Source of the DNA: Eledone cirrhosa
Lineage: Eukaryota
Assembly: GCA_964016885.1 (NCBI GenBank)
Contig: OZ024743.1
Coordinates: 229,772,001-229,836,000, forward strand
DNA: 64,000 nucleotides
Reading direction: 5' to 3'
A model generated the notes under the pieces. That model saw only the letters and a program-made list of their open reading frames with translations, was not told the origin of the DNA and did no database searches. The position numbers and the translations under genes are program-made. Shown piece by piece: positions 17,535 through 31,800 of this stretch (its first letter is position 1; each line of letters starts with the position of its first letter).

Positions 17535-19358
17535 TTGAGCAACACAAGAACGCTGGAGAACGTCAATAGAGAAAAGAGAGAGAAAGAGGCAGATATTAAC
17601 GTTATATCTGCTTCTGCTACTATGGACGTCGCCATAGAAACGACTGTCAACAAAGAGGAAAACATATTACCACTTGAAGATTTTAAAATTTCAACCGTCG
17701 AAGCGGAGAAAAATAACAATAACTCATAGGAAAACACAGGAATGAAACCCATTAACATACATACACATGAAAAAGACATCAACAACTCTACAGATACATC
17801 TACACATAATGTTTCACCTCGACAAGGAACTGAGATTTCCAACACCGAGGCTAACAACGATAACCACAACAACAACAGCAACACCACACAAAAAAAAGAA
17901 AATGTATTTCGCTGAAACTGAACAAAAAACAAGATTTTATAAATCTTGATATCTCCAACGCAAGAGATATGCTCCAGCAAGGGAGAATATTTGTAACTTT
18001 CGAAGAAAGTGGTGGGTTTAGAATTAACTCACACCTTGAAATTAAGGAGGCACACTTCGCAGATCAGTCACCTTTAGGACTGTGTCAAATTCCACAAGAA
18101 AGACGACATTTGTTCGCCAAGCAGATATAGAAGATACTTTCAAGGACATTTTAGCAAATGTCGATTTTCTCCAGCGAGGAAAACAGTACGGAAGTGTTTC
18201 CATACTGTTTAAAGGCGAGGCACTCGCCCCAAAACATTCTGTGACTCCAATGGTGTCAAAAGCATACACATTTTTCCCTACATACATGGGAAAAAGGACA
18301 CAAAAAGTAAAAATAAAAAACATACCCCAAACATTAACATCTGGTGGATCTTGGCTGGCTTCATAGAGCCAGAAACTGATATGATTCTTTCGATACGAAA
18401 ATCTATTCGACAAAGGTGGGCGGGTACAAAATACCCGAAAGAGTCGTCATCGATAATAACAACAAAATAAACATTTCGGTAGCAGGACGAAAATTTCGCT
18501 GTGGTAGCACAGCACACCTAAACGCCTCTTGTCCACAAACACACAACAACAACATCATTAAATAAACACTATTACCAACGCCAACACCATAACAACCACC
18601 ACAAGTACAACGACAGACGAAAAGAGCAACCACACCAAAACAAACAGACACTCAACCAACAACAACAGAAAAAACAGAGACAACACTCCTGAAGAACACT
18701 GCCCCACTCCATCCCACTCCACCACACACGCCGAAACACCACCACCACACAACATACCCCTACCCCACACACCTGACGATGATTACTCATCGACGGATGA
18801 AGCTGCATCTCCTTCTTTAAGTGGAGAAGAGGGAGAACCGCGGAAATCTAAAAAACAAAAAAAAGAGACACCACAAAACCCCCAAACTCCAATCACCAAC
18901 ACCAACACACAACCACAGACACAAACGACAACACAAACAACACCACAGTCAAACATCCCCTATCAGCAAAACCAGCACCAACACCACCCCAAACACAAGC
19001 ACCCACCATAAAAAGAAAACTCCCGGACGAACAACAAACTAAAACAACACAACAAAAACACAAACAACAATACTCATACATCAACACAAACAACAAGAGT
19101 TTGATGGAGGTCTTCTCCCAAAACCCTAAGATGGAGACGGAGGGCAAAACTTTCGTCAAGGCAGAATCGTCTCCACACCTTAAACTTATAAGGGTTTCTA
19201 TGGAAACCTATAATGACCTAAAAAATAAATGTTCACAGGACCCCTGCCACAAACCCATCAACCGCGTCCTGATAAAATGTTTCCAGACCCCACCCAACAC
19301 CCCATCCAGCACCCAAATCAAGATTGAACAACCCGATCTCCAAGAAACGAAAAGGTAA
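17535..19358 (+). pseudogene. Tx1-type ORF1, frameshifted
   Basis: Position upstream of ORF2; fragments (DFLQRGKQYGSV, FFPTYMGKRTQKVKI) and a low-complexity T/H/P region. Confidence 0.55.
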
Positions 19359-19399
19359 GTGCACATTTCGTCCTTTTTCTCCAACTTTTCTTCACCAAC

Positions 19400-22300
19400 A
19401 TGGCTAGTTTACGAGTTGGAATCGTGAATCTGCGTGGCCTAGGTATGCCCTGGAAACAGGGCCAACTTTTAAATGACCTTAGGTCACACAGTATAGATGT
19501 GATAGCCATCACCGAGTCCAGGATCCACAACAGGCAGCAACTAACCCCCATCTTCGACGACTTTGAGGTCTACGCATCTCTCTGTCAGCCAGGAGGTGGA
19601 GATGGAGTGGCTGTCATGTTTCGGAAGAACCTGGACCTCGAAGTACAGCAAGTACACTTGGACCCGGAGGGTAGACTGGTAGTCCTAGACGTGAACAGTA
19701 TTGGAGGTGGAGCCTTCAGACTGGTGGCCGTTTATGCTCCAACCGAGCAATCGCAATCACGGCCAGACTTCTTTAAGCGTCTAGAGTCTTTTCTGGGAAC
19801 GTCTCGCTCCTTACTTTTAGTGAGGGATTGGAATGGTATCCTAGATGCACGATGGGACTGTGTGGGAGCATGTCCCAGTAGAGCGGGGTGCAACAGCCTC
19901 AAAACTTTAATCGGCCAATTCCAACTGGCCGATAGGTATCGACTGGATTTCCCGACTGCACCACAGTGGACGTGGGCAAACCGCAGTGTGACATCTAGAT
20001 CGTATTTAGATGGGTTCTTCATTAGAGAAAGGGACAAGGAGATGTTAAGCTGTCCACGAATGCACATGGTTGCCTATTCAGATCACAAGTTAGTCGTCTG
20101 CTTAGTCAACCGTGATAGAATACATAGACAGGGACCCAGATGCTGGAAACTGAACGTGTCGTTGCCGGCACGTAAAGCTTACAGTGAACGGATAAGTAGA
20201 CTAGTCAAGCAACAGTTAACAGGAGCCATCGTCAACAATATATGGTGGTACTCTCTCAAGAAAGCAATTAGAATAGAATCGATAGGGTATAGCAGAATAG
20301 AAAGAGAACTAGTAGTCAAGGTAGAGGAGGCACTTAGAAGTGGCAACGCGGCTAGAGTGTTAGCATCGAGAACGGCACAGGACCAGTTCTTCGATGCGAA
20401 ACACGAAGGCTGCGTGGTCAGAAGCAAAACACGTGCTCTAGGAAACGAAGGAGCGAAAGCTGTCAGCTGGGCCCGAGTGGCGGAGGCAAAAAGTGGCAAT
20501 AAGTCCACGATTCGGTCTTTGAAAGACCAAAACGGACGCGTGCTACTTGACCCCAAGCAAATGTGCGCGGCCTTTCATCGGCGAACGGAGAAATGGACTT
20601 TAGTTCATACCTTGAAGGCCTTCCGCGTCTCTCGAACACGGACGCCGAGTTCTGCGAAAGACCGATCACGGACACTGAGATACGGGACGCTCTGGGCCGC
20701 TGCGGGAAACGCAAGTCACCCGGTCTAGATGGTCTTCCCTACGAGTTTTACATAGGCATGCCGGACTTGTTCTCTGGCGTCCTCGAAGCCGTCTACTGCA
20801 ATTGGCAGCAGAACGGGAGAATTCCCAGTTCTGCAGGCAAGGGCGTAGTAACGCTGATCAGGAAAGACGAGAACAAGGGGGGGCGAAATTAACAACTTCA
20901 GGCCCATAACTGTGCTCATCACAGAGTTAAAGATTTTGGCCAAGGTACTAGCGACGAGGTTGGCGCCTGTCGTCGAGAACCTGGTAGGGAAAGCGCAAAC
21001 GTGTGCAATCCCGACCAGGTCCATACAGGACAACCTCCACCTCATGCGATACATAATAGAGAGGGTGTGTGGTAAACCCGGCTTCGGTGGGGCTCTGATC
21101 AACTTGGATCAGTCTAAGGCATTCCATAGAGTCGACCATCCATACTTGGAAGCGGTTCTCAAGGCGGCCGGTTTCGGTCCCGTGTTCAGAGGATGGATCG
21201 AGGCGATGCACACCAGCATCTGCTCGAGGGTCAAGGTGAACGGATACCTATCGGAGCCGTTCGCAATCACGTGTTCCATTCGACAGGGGTGTCCTCTCTC
21301 CTCCATTCTGTATGTATTGACTCTAGAGCCACTACTGCGGAAATTGGAGCTGTTGTAGGGCATCCCCCTAGAACCGGGACTGCGCAAAGCGGCGTCGGCT
21401 TATGTCGACGACTTGACGGTAATGGTGTCGAGCACCTCAGAAATCGGGGTGATCGGCAACTTACTGAAAGAATACGAAACGCTGACGCGAGTAAAACTAT
21501 ACCAGGACAAGTCTGTCGGTTTGCAACTCAGTATGTGGAGAGGCAAACCGATGACGTCCGACAGCGTCGTTGGACGCTGGACGGACGGACCAGTGAAATT
21601 GCTCGGGGTCTGGTTCGGCCCAGACCTCCAGGTGGAGAAAAACTGGAACGAGGTACGGCCAAGGTGTTTGCACTCACCCAGAAATGGGCAGAGTGCAAAC
21701 TGTCCTTGAAAGGTCGAGCGGAGGTGGCGAACACTTTCATAGCGTCCGTCATCTACTACCGCTTGACTGTCGTGCCTTGTCCCCGTGAACACCTCGCCAA
21801 GATGGAACGCATGCTCTTCCAGTTTCCGTGGAAGAAGCAGGCTCCGCTGGTGAGGAGATCCGTCTGCTGTCAGCACCCTTCCAACGGAGGGCTGGGTATG
21901 CCGTGGCTGATGATGCGCAAACATGCGCTGAGGCTGCGGCATCTCCAGGTATTCCTCACCGACCCCAACCGGTGTGGGCACCGTTTGTGAGACAGGCGTT
22001 CCCACAGCTCGTCTCGCTGACGGAGCTGCAGTCCTGGGTCAAGAAAAGACCGAAAACGATGGGCGCCTGGCACATTGAATGCGCTCAGGCGCGCACAGTC
22101 TTCTGGTAAGCGGGCGCAGCAAACAGTGGAGACTCCACTTCGACATTCTATAGAGGGATTGTACGTTACAAGGGCAACGACGTGCTCGGAGAGACTCTGG
22201 GCGTCGACGACGATGAGCTGACCAGTCTGTTTGGTAGGACTTTCCGCCCGGGACCTATGGACAACTTCCGGAGGTCCCTGGCCTGGCAGTGCTACCGAGG

Positions 22301-22783
22301 AGCTCTACCGGTTCGTGACAAGATCTATAGTAACGGATGCTCCTCAGGGATCCTTCCAAGAGGACGTGTCCAAGATGCGCGCAGTACATTGAAACAGTCC
22401 TGCACGCAATTGTACACTGCCTGGGCATAACTGACCTGTGGAATTATGCAGAACAACTGGTGTCGCGTATGGGACAAATCCAGTTGACTGCCGAGTCCAT
22501 AGTAAGGATCAAACCGCCAGCCTCTTTCAAAAACGAAAGAGAGGCGGTTTTCCTCTGTACGGTGTCTATGGTGAAAGAAGTTATATGGTGGACGAGGTTG
22601 AGAAGACTGAGGACAGATGCCTTTCTCTCTGGACAACAATTGATTCCCTTTTTTAAGTATCACTTTAGAAGGAGAATCAGGGTGGAGAGAGAGGCACTGC
22701 ACCCCAGTAAATTTACTGAAAGGTGGGTGAATGAAGCGAAAATGGCCCGAGTGATTGGGCCTTCTCTGTTTATAAGCCTGTAG
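19400..22783 (+). pseudogene. Tx1-type ORF2: APE endonuclease, RT, CCHC; several frameshifts and stops
   Basis: VNLRGL, ITES, VYAP, RDWN, SDHKLV; KSPGLDGLPYEFY; LDQSKAFHRV, IRQGCPLS, YVDD; CPRC..ETVLHAIVHC. Confidence 0.9.
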
Positions 22784-23095
22784 GTTGAAGAAGAGAGCAA
22801 AAGGAAGAAAGGAGCACTTGCACAACATGCTCCTGAAGTTGAGGGTTGTTCTATCGACGGGGTATTAAACAACCCATTTGTGGCGCCTCCCCCCTATTGG
22901 TGATTTCGATTGTTGTAATTGTTTGTTTTTATATTTTTTACACGACTGTATGTAAAATCCCCGGCATGTCTTTGTATTGTCCCCTTTTCTTGTGCGCCCT
23001 TGTGGCTAATAAAGAAATCTATCTATCTATCTATCTATTAATCTAACTATCAATGTATCTGTCTAGCTACCTATGTATCTATCTAACTATCTTTT

Positions 23096-23198
<103 letters not shown>

Positions 23199-23468
23199 GA
23201 GGTGGGGGTCCGTCCGTGTATGTTTGTGTGTCCGCGTCTGTGTGAAAGTATATCTTTGATGTACACGTGTGTGTATGCATGTCTACTGTAATGGTAATTC
23301 CGAATCTTACTTATCAAAGTTGGCAAATACTTTGGGTGTGCAGTGAAAAGGTTTCGCAAAGTTCAAAGGTGATGTAACATGACGAAGAGAAAAATGTGAG
23401 CTGATGTATGTGTGTGGTGAGAGGAACATGTATATACATGTATGTGTGTGTGTGTGGGGGTATGTATA

Positions 23469-23541
<73 letters not shown>

Positions 23542-23704
23542 ATGTGTGTATGTGTGTGTGTGTTTGTGTGTGTTCAAATCATAAGATATCTGTGTTTATC
23601 TCTCTTTATTATATTAGATTAGATTAAAAGGCTCGGACATTTTTTTCCTTCACCTATTTTAATTGTAAAGGACTATTCTGAGTTTCTAACTCAATATATA
23701 CTTT

Positions 23705-23738
<34 letters not shown>

Positions 23739-24179
23739 GTAAGTTTCGATATGAGTGACGTGTATAGCGTAAGGAAGGGGCATCTTAAGGTTTTAACTAT
23801 AGAGAAACTGTTTTTATTTTTCATTCCATTACTGTTTTACTGATTGTGTTTTTCCCCAAACTACAAATAAACCCTTCATTGATTGGGGGAGGATGTAAGT
23901 CTATTACCAATCGGTGAGGGTGGCTGGCAATGGTCCTCATTGGTAACTAGTATTACGATAGTTGGTTGTAGATTCTATACGATAATTACTGGCTGTTTTT
24001 GATGTTTAAATACAAAAGTGTGTTTTAATGTGTTTATCTGTACTTCAGGCGTGTAGGTGAGGTATTTTAAGGCTTTAACTATGAAAACAACGGTCGACTT
24101 TATTGTCTCTCTATATCGCGGATTTTCATTTATCGCTGTTCTTTCTGGAAAGTATCCCACGTGATAAGCGGGAGATTAC

Positions 24180-24256
<77 letters not shown>

Positions 24257-24260
<4 letters not shown>

Positions 24261-26480
24261 TTGCGAGGTTTTTGATATGAAATCGTGTGTCGAAACAAAT
24301 ATTGTTATGCTTGTAGAGGGTCATATTTGTATATTAATATTGCCAGAATTAATAACAGAACACACTCACTCTTTGGTTGGTTTTAGCTTCTGTGTCTTTT
24401 ATATCGGTTAATTTTATTTATTCGTTCCTCAATGTTACCATTGACTGACCAACGGTAAAAAATACAGATATAATATAGACACAAACACATATATATAGTC
24501 TAACAAAGTTCTTTCGTTGCACATCGGCAACATCGTCAGTGGTGCTATTAGATTTCCTCCTGTTGTATTGTATGCCTACGCCGTCTTTATTTAGTCTGTT
24601 TATTTATTTATTTATTTATTTATTTTTTGTCTCCTCTGCGGATTCGTTTGTGTGTGTGTATAGTGTTTGATGTGTGTTCGTGTTTGGGCGACTGTGTATT
24701 GGTTATTGTATTCTATCTTAGTTTACTAGTGTGTGTTTGTTGTTATTGTGCTTGTGTATGTATTTATTTATTTACTTATACTTCTCTTAGGTCAGTATTA
24801 TTTGTTTGGGTGTTGTTGTTATTCCATTCATTTTTGTCTGTTTAGCCTTAGCCTTCTAAGTTCTATTTCGCTGGTCTCTCTCATTTGCCTCTCTGCTGGG
24901 TCATTTCTATGTTTAGTTATTATTCTAATTTCTATGTTGTCTATGTTACCGTCGTGTTGTTGTCTGGCATGTTCGTATAGTACTGAACCATTTTTTCGTC
25001 CTTTTAGTTCCACCCGGATAAGTCTGGTAGGATGTCAAGAGACAGCATGCCGAACTACACCAAGGCTATGCAACCTCACATCACCAGCACGAGCGAAATT
25101 GCACAGCAAATACAGGATCTCCTACTTCCTCGCAATGGTTATACGCCCCATAATGAAGATGTCCCCAGATGTATGTGACAGTACAGAGGACCTCCTCAGC
25201 AGAATCAGTGAGTGCAACAAAAACCTATCCAACTGCATAATAGGCAGTATGGATGTGGTATCATTGTACCCATCCATTAACATTGATTTTGCTGTGGAAA
25301 AATGTGTGGAGATGTTCATTGAGGGTGAGGTGGAGTTCTACGACGTCAACACAGACGAACTGGTCCGCCTACTTAGACTTACATTTGACACTGACGACCT
25401 AGACAGCCATGACCTTAGACGTTTCTGCCCGAGTAGACCCATAAGTGGTAGACCCCCACCCACCATAATCTCAATGGCAAACAAGACTCACATGGGAAGG
25501 TGGATTGGGTGGACCAAAGCTATACGGACCCCCAAAACAATGATCTGGTAAGAAAAATGGTCGCACATGCAATAGGGGCTAGTATCAAAACTACCCTAAA
25601 GGGTCACATATTCAAATTCAACGAGAAGATCTACACCCAGAATGAGGGGGCAGCCATTGGCGTCAGCATAGCTGGTGACGTTGCCAACCTTTTTATGGTA
25701 TGTTGGGAAAGGAGACTCAAAATCTCCTTGATGAGATCTCCATAGACCTCATCATGTACTCTCGTTACGTAGACGACATCAATATAGTAATAAGGACATC
25801 CCCACAAGAGAGTACTAACAAGTTTGATTTAGAATGTGGCACAATGGAAAGCATCCAGCAGATAGCTAATTTCATACACCAGAGTATAACTGTAACTATC
25901 GACTACCCTTCCAAACACCCTTACAATAGAATACCTGATTTAGATACGGAACTCTGGATTAACACTATAGACGAGAGAGCCCAAATTCTCCACTCACACA
26001 ACGCTAAACCCATGGCCTCCAAACACCTGATACTCAAAAACTCAGCAATGTCCAGTAGTGCTAAGTTTAATATTCTGATCGCAGACTTGGTACGAGTGAT
26101 GAAGAACGTGTCCCGCATGTGCGACCCAACAGAAATGGAAAGACACATCCAACACTTCATCAACCGCATGCAGTTGTCTGGCTACAACCAAAGAGACAGA
26201 ATCAGAGTATACGAAGGGGTCACGGAAAAGTATAAGACCCTCATAGAACTGGACATGAAAGGAATGTGCCCATTATACAGGAGAAAATCATGGAATAGCT
26301 TAGATAGGACTAGACATAAGATAGGGAAAGCCACCTTGGTACGACAACCAGAGATTGTCATGTTTGTGGACGCTACCCCTGGAGGGAAATTAGCTAACCA
26401 GTGTTGAAAGGCCCTGAGAAAGACCCACTTAAAGATTAAGGTAATAGAAAAGCCAGGAGCCACAATAAAATCTTTTATTT
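24257..26480 (+). mobile_element. Degenerate PLE family A copy with inverted 3' copy (24257-~25012)
   Basis: Frameshifted RT (MDVVSLYPSI, GAAIGVSIAG, RYVDD) homologous to 30124-32619. Preceded by a reverse-complement copy of the ORF end and 3' repeat. 3'-truncated. Confidence 0.85.
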
Positions 26481-26864
26481 CCGTTATACGATCTAGCCCT
26501 AGCTAGGATCTCCCAGTGTAACTTATATTGGGTGTGGTTGTCTTTTAGACTCCAGATATAAGCTGAAAGTGACGTCATATTCCTTCTTAGAGGGTAACGA
26601 AAAGAATGGGTATGCGTGTAAAGACGCTGCTTGAATCTATTGGCGGTTAACCCTATGTAGGCTCTACGGGACGTGGGTGTTACAACCTTACATTTGTAGA
26701 CAATGTTACTAGAGAGGCATATCTCGGATAGGGGGCAATCAACCCGTTTTTTCCCGTTCTTTGCCAGCGAACGTTTCCACGAACCAAAGTATCGTCTTTC
26801 TGTCTTCTTCCGGTTGCAACGTTTTTTGAAATATCCACTTCTGCGTTTACAGATTGACTTTGTT

Positions 26865-26915
26865 AGTTTCAGAAGATCCCGTTAAGGGTGAAAGCAGCGA
26901 TTCTTTGCTTAAACT
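26865..26915 (+). ncRNA. Variant type I hammerhead (core CAGAAGA)
   Basis: AGTTT-CAGAAGA-T CCC GTTAA GGG T-GAAA GCA..TGC TT-AAACT. All three helices pair; one core substitution (U4A). Confidence 0.55.
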
Positions 26916-27025
26916 TTAATCTATTATTTTAATAAATATTTGCTCTACGGTTCTTATATATTTGATATATACTTATCCTTATCGAGCCCTCTTTGGATTT
27001 TAGTCTTGAAATTTATTATTATTAC

Positions 27026-27159
<134 letters not shown>

Positions 27160-27429
27160 CATATAAACATACATACATATATATGTAAATATTAATAATA
27201 CATATATATATGTGTGCGTGCGTTTGTATGTGTGTGTGCGTGTGTATGTGTGTATGTCCAATAATCTATATGAAAATTTCAAGAGAGCCATTAAAATGTA
27301 TTCCATTAGAATGCTTCTTCGTGGTAAAGTAGACTACATATAATAAGTGACTTACTGACAACTCCCTACCTGCCTAGGCTGGAGCGCGGAGGTGTACTTG
27401 GTGGAACCAGTGTGACCAAATTCTGTGAA

Positions 27430-27775
27430 CATGAAAAACATAGTGCAACGTTACGCCATCAGATTTTGTGTTAAATGTAAGAAAATCAAACAGGTCAATG
27501 GAATGTTATGGAGTGAAATGACGAACAACACATGTTTCTAAAAGAGGCATAAACGAATTTCTGAAGGAAAGGTACAATGTTGAGTACGCAGGTCTGGAGC
27601 ACCGAAGAGGGCACGAAAGATTAGTGATGCAAGAATGTCGAGCTACAGTGAGGGTGGTATCTGAAGCTGTTGTTATTAGTATCGGCACAATGGAGACAAT
27701 TCTAATCAAATATCTGGAGCTCCACAATGTCTGTGCCAAGTTCGTGCCAAAAATCTCCTCCGACGTTCTGGGGTA
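27430..27775 (+). mobile_element. Mariner transposase relic
   Basis: QRYAIRFCVK and LELHNVCAKFVPKI resemble the mariner N-terminal HTH and the WVP-linker region. Confidence 0.55.
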
Positions 27776-28824
27776 GTTTCGTATGGAATATTGAACTGAC
27801 ACCTTTGGGGAAGGATATTAGGGATTTAGCAATGTCAAATCTAATGATAAAACCAACACCAGATTGATGGTTGTCTTCATTTTTTCTGAAACAGAAGACT
27901 GTGCACCCTTCTCTTACGTCTTACATTTGGGATGCCCTATTGAATCGGATTTCACTAATGGCACGGGTATCGATATTATATCTGTTGAGTGCATTGCCTA
28001 TTTGAACTGCTGTCCTGGAGAGTTCTAACAAGCCAGAATCCAAAAGTTAAATGATTAGGGTTGTTTTGACATATTTCGAAAAGCAGACGGCCACGATTGA
28101 CTGCCAGTTTAAAAAATTGAGCACGCACTTTTAAAGGCTCTTTTTACCTCCCCTGTCTGTGTATGGGAAGCAGTGTTATGTCTAAAACGACCTGTTTTGT
28201 CAACATGAGCCAAAATTACACATCACCTGATGGTTGCCACTGTGTCGTGTTCCAGCTAAGGACTTCCTGTAATAAACTTTATTTGTCTCCGTTGGGTTTT
28301 GTCTCTCATCAGTGGGCATTCTGTTAATGATGGGATATCAAATAGACAGAAGTGGCAGATCTACTTACACAAATGCATTTTTGATAATGGCGAAGGCTTG
28401 TGTTGGACCAGCCTCACTATTTGGAAACATAAGTTTAGTTGCCAAGTTTGCCACGAACCCAGTGTACAACTCACCTCAGATATTGTATGGCCGGTGAACC
28501 TCAAGAGTTCCTCCATAGGTTTTGTTTTTCATCGAGCAGGGTATCCGAAAAGACATTTCTTACCAAGGAATTTCGGTGGCGTTGCCGGTTTAGTCGCAGA
28601 CAACCCGACAATATGTACTGGGCTACATGTTACCAGCAGTGCTCAAGAGTGACCTGCACACGTACACACCACACATATATATATATATATATGTGTGTAT
28701 GTATATCTCGGGTTCAATCGGGGGTAACCACAGTAAGTAAGGTACTCAATACATAACAGAATATAAATATTTAATATAGAAATGACTAAAACTGTTTCAT
28801 TCGAGAGAAATCATCAGTAAGCCC

Positions 28825-28850
<26 letters not shown>

Positions 28851-28856
<6 letters not shown>

Positions 28857-31800
28857 ATATTTGGGGAGGGTCATATTTGCGTAATATTGCCAGAATTAAT
28901 AACAGAACACACTCACTGTTTGGTTGGTTTTCGCTTCTCGCTGTCTTTTATATATATATATCTGCGATCTAACTTACTCGGTCCTCAATGTTGCCATTGA
29001 CTGACCGGCGGTCAAAAATAATACAGATACAATATAGACAAACACATATATATATAGTTTACATAAATCTTTCGTTGCACATCTGCAACATCGTCAGTGG
29101 TGTTATATTCATTGTTCCTCCTGTTGTGTTGTATGTCTACGCCATTTTTTTTGTTCAGTCTGTCTATATATTTATTTATTTATTTGCTTGTTTGTTTATC
29201 TTATTTTATTTTGTCTTCTTTGCGCATGCGTTTGCGTGTGTGTATAGTGTTATGTGTGATGTGTGACTAGTGTGTATAGTGTTGTGTCTGCTGGGTGACT
29301 AGTGTGTGTTTATGTGCTTGTGTATGTATTTATTTATCTTATTTTATTTAATTTAATTTACTTATTTATTTATACTTCTCTTAGGTCAGTGTTGTTTGTT
29401 TGGGTGTTGTTGTTGTTCCACTCATTCTTTCTGTTTAGCTTTGGTCTTCTAATTTCTATTTCACTGGCCTCTCTGACTTGCCTATCTGCTGGGTCATTCC
29501 TATGTTTAGATATTAGTCTAATTTCTATGTTGTCTATGTTACCGTCATGATGTTGTCTAGCATGTTCGTATAGTACTGACCCGTTTTTTCGTCCTTTTAG
29601 TTCCCCCCAGTGTTGGTCTATCCTTTCACCTATGCTACGAGCTGTCTCACCTATGTATGTTGTTGTCGTGTTTCTGCAAGTACCCTCTGTACATCTTATG
29701 CTATAGACTACGTTTCTAGTTTTACAGTTTATCCGGGGGTTCACCTTACATATGATACATTTCCTATTGGTACAGTGGGTTTTCTTAAAAGGGTAGGTTT
29801 TGCTGATCAGGGATTTTATGGTGGTTCCTGGCTTTTCTACCACCTTTATTTTTAAGTGGGTCTTTCTCAGGGCCTTTCTACACTGGTTAGCTAATTTCCC
29901 CCCAGGGGTGGCGTCCACGAACATGACACTCTGATATCTCTGGTTGTCGTACCATGATGTGGCCTTCCCTATCTTATGTCTAGCCCTATCTAAGCTATTC
30001 CATGATTTGCTCCTGTATAGTGGGCAAATTCCTTTCATGTCCAGTTCTATGAGGGTCTTATACTTTTCCATGGCTCCTTCGTATACTCTGACTCTGTCTC
30101 TTTGGTTGTAGCCAGAGAACTGCATGCGGTTGATGAAGTGTTGGATGTGTCCTTCCATTTCTGATAACAATAATAGCAACACACACAACTATGACGATAG
30201 AAATAACGACAACCCCTTAGAGAAACTATTTTTCAACCCAGCTGACAAAACATATAAGATGGGTAATATCTATCCTACGAGGTTACCCTTTAATAAAAGA
30301 GTTTGCATACCACAACAAATAGATGACGAGACGGAGGCACAGTTCACCATAGCTAGAAATAAGATTAGACAAGTAGTAGACAGGTACACTATGAGACAGA
30401 GCAGACCAGAGGCCCAACAACTTGGGATAAAACCTGTAGAAGGCTTGGTTAGCCTCAAGCAGCGCACAAGGGATGGTGAGGTAGTGTGTCTACCCACAGA
30501 TAAGTCTGGTAGGATGTCAATAGATAGCATGCCGAACTACATCGAGGCAATGCAACCCCACATCACCAACACGAGCGAAGTTGCACAACTAACACACGAT
30601 GGGAGAGAAAAAATCCTCAACGCTCACATGATGATGTGGACTGACATCCTAAAGCCAAGCAGACGCACTGCCAACAACTTCCAGGCGTCTAACAATGGCA
30701 TACCACCCTTGTATGGGCTCCGCAAAGACCACAAGACAGTCGACGACCCGACAACAGGACCACCAACAAGACCTGTATGCGGAGCTAATATAGCTAGCAA
30801 CTACAGGATCTCCTACTTCCTCTCAATGGTTATACGCCCCATAATCAAGATGTCCCCAGATGTATGTGAAAGTACAGAGGACCTCCTCAGCAGAATCAGT
30901 GAGTGCAACAAAAACAGGAGCCTATCCAACTGCATAATAGGCAGCATGGATGTGGTGTCACTGTACCCATCCATTAACATTGATTTTGCTGTGAAAAGAT
31001 GTGTGGAGATGATCATTGAGAGTGAGGTGGAGTTCTGCGACGTCGACACAGACGAACTGGGCCTCCTACTTAGACTTACCTACGACACTGACTACCTAGA
31101 CAGCCATGACCTTAGATGTTTCTGCCCTAGTAGACCTATAAGAGGTAGACCCCCCACCATAACCTCAATGGCTAAAAAGACTCCCATAGGAAGGTGGATT
31201 GGGTGGACCAAAGCTATACGGACCCCCCAAAACACTGATCAGGTAAGAAAAATGGTCGCACATGCAATAGGGGCTAGTATCAAAACTACCCTAAAGGGCC
31301 ACATATTTAAGTTCAATGAGAAAATCTACACCCAAAATGAGGGAGCAGCCATCGGCGTCAGCATAGCTGGCGATGTTGCCAACCTTTTCATGGTATGGTG
31401 GGAAAGGAGACTTAAAGATCTCCTTAATGAAAGCTCCATAGACCTCATCATGTACTCTCGTTATGTAGACGATATCAATATAGTTATAAGAACACCCCCA
31501 CTAGAGAGCACTAACAAGTCTGATTTAGAACGTAGCACGATGGAAAGCATCCAGCAGATAGCTAATTCCATACACCAGAGTATAACTGTAACTATAGACT
31601 TCCCTTCCAAACACCCTAACAATAGACTACCTGTATTAGACACAGAACTCTGGATTAATACTATAGACGAGAGAGCCCAAATTCTCCACTCACGCTATGC
31701 TAAACCCATGGCCTCCAAATACCTGATACTCAAAAACTCAGCAATGTCCAGTAGTGCTAAGTTTAATATTCTGATCGCAGATTTGGTACGAGTGATGAAG

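Larger units (their letters stand above)
17325..23016 (+). mobile_element. Near full-length (~5.7 kb) Tx1/L1-type LINE, disrupted
   Basis: 5' UTR, broken ORF1, ORF2 (APE-RT-CCHC), AATAAA at ~23008. (TCTA)n on both sides. Confidence 0.88.

Noticed and set aside
26405-26407. In-frame TGA as selenocysteine (Naiad-type PLE)
   Set aside because: It aligns to an Arg codon (AGA) in the intact copy, and this copy is otherwise frameshifted, so it is a simple nonsense mutation.
27800-28660. Possible coding or transposon relic
   Set aside because: The sequence is complex but no recognisable motif appears in the provided ORFs; left unassigned.
29370-30188. Separate minus-strand GIY-YIG gene
   Set aside because: It is the inverted duplicate of the PLE ORF 3' end.
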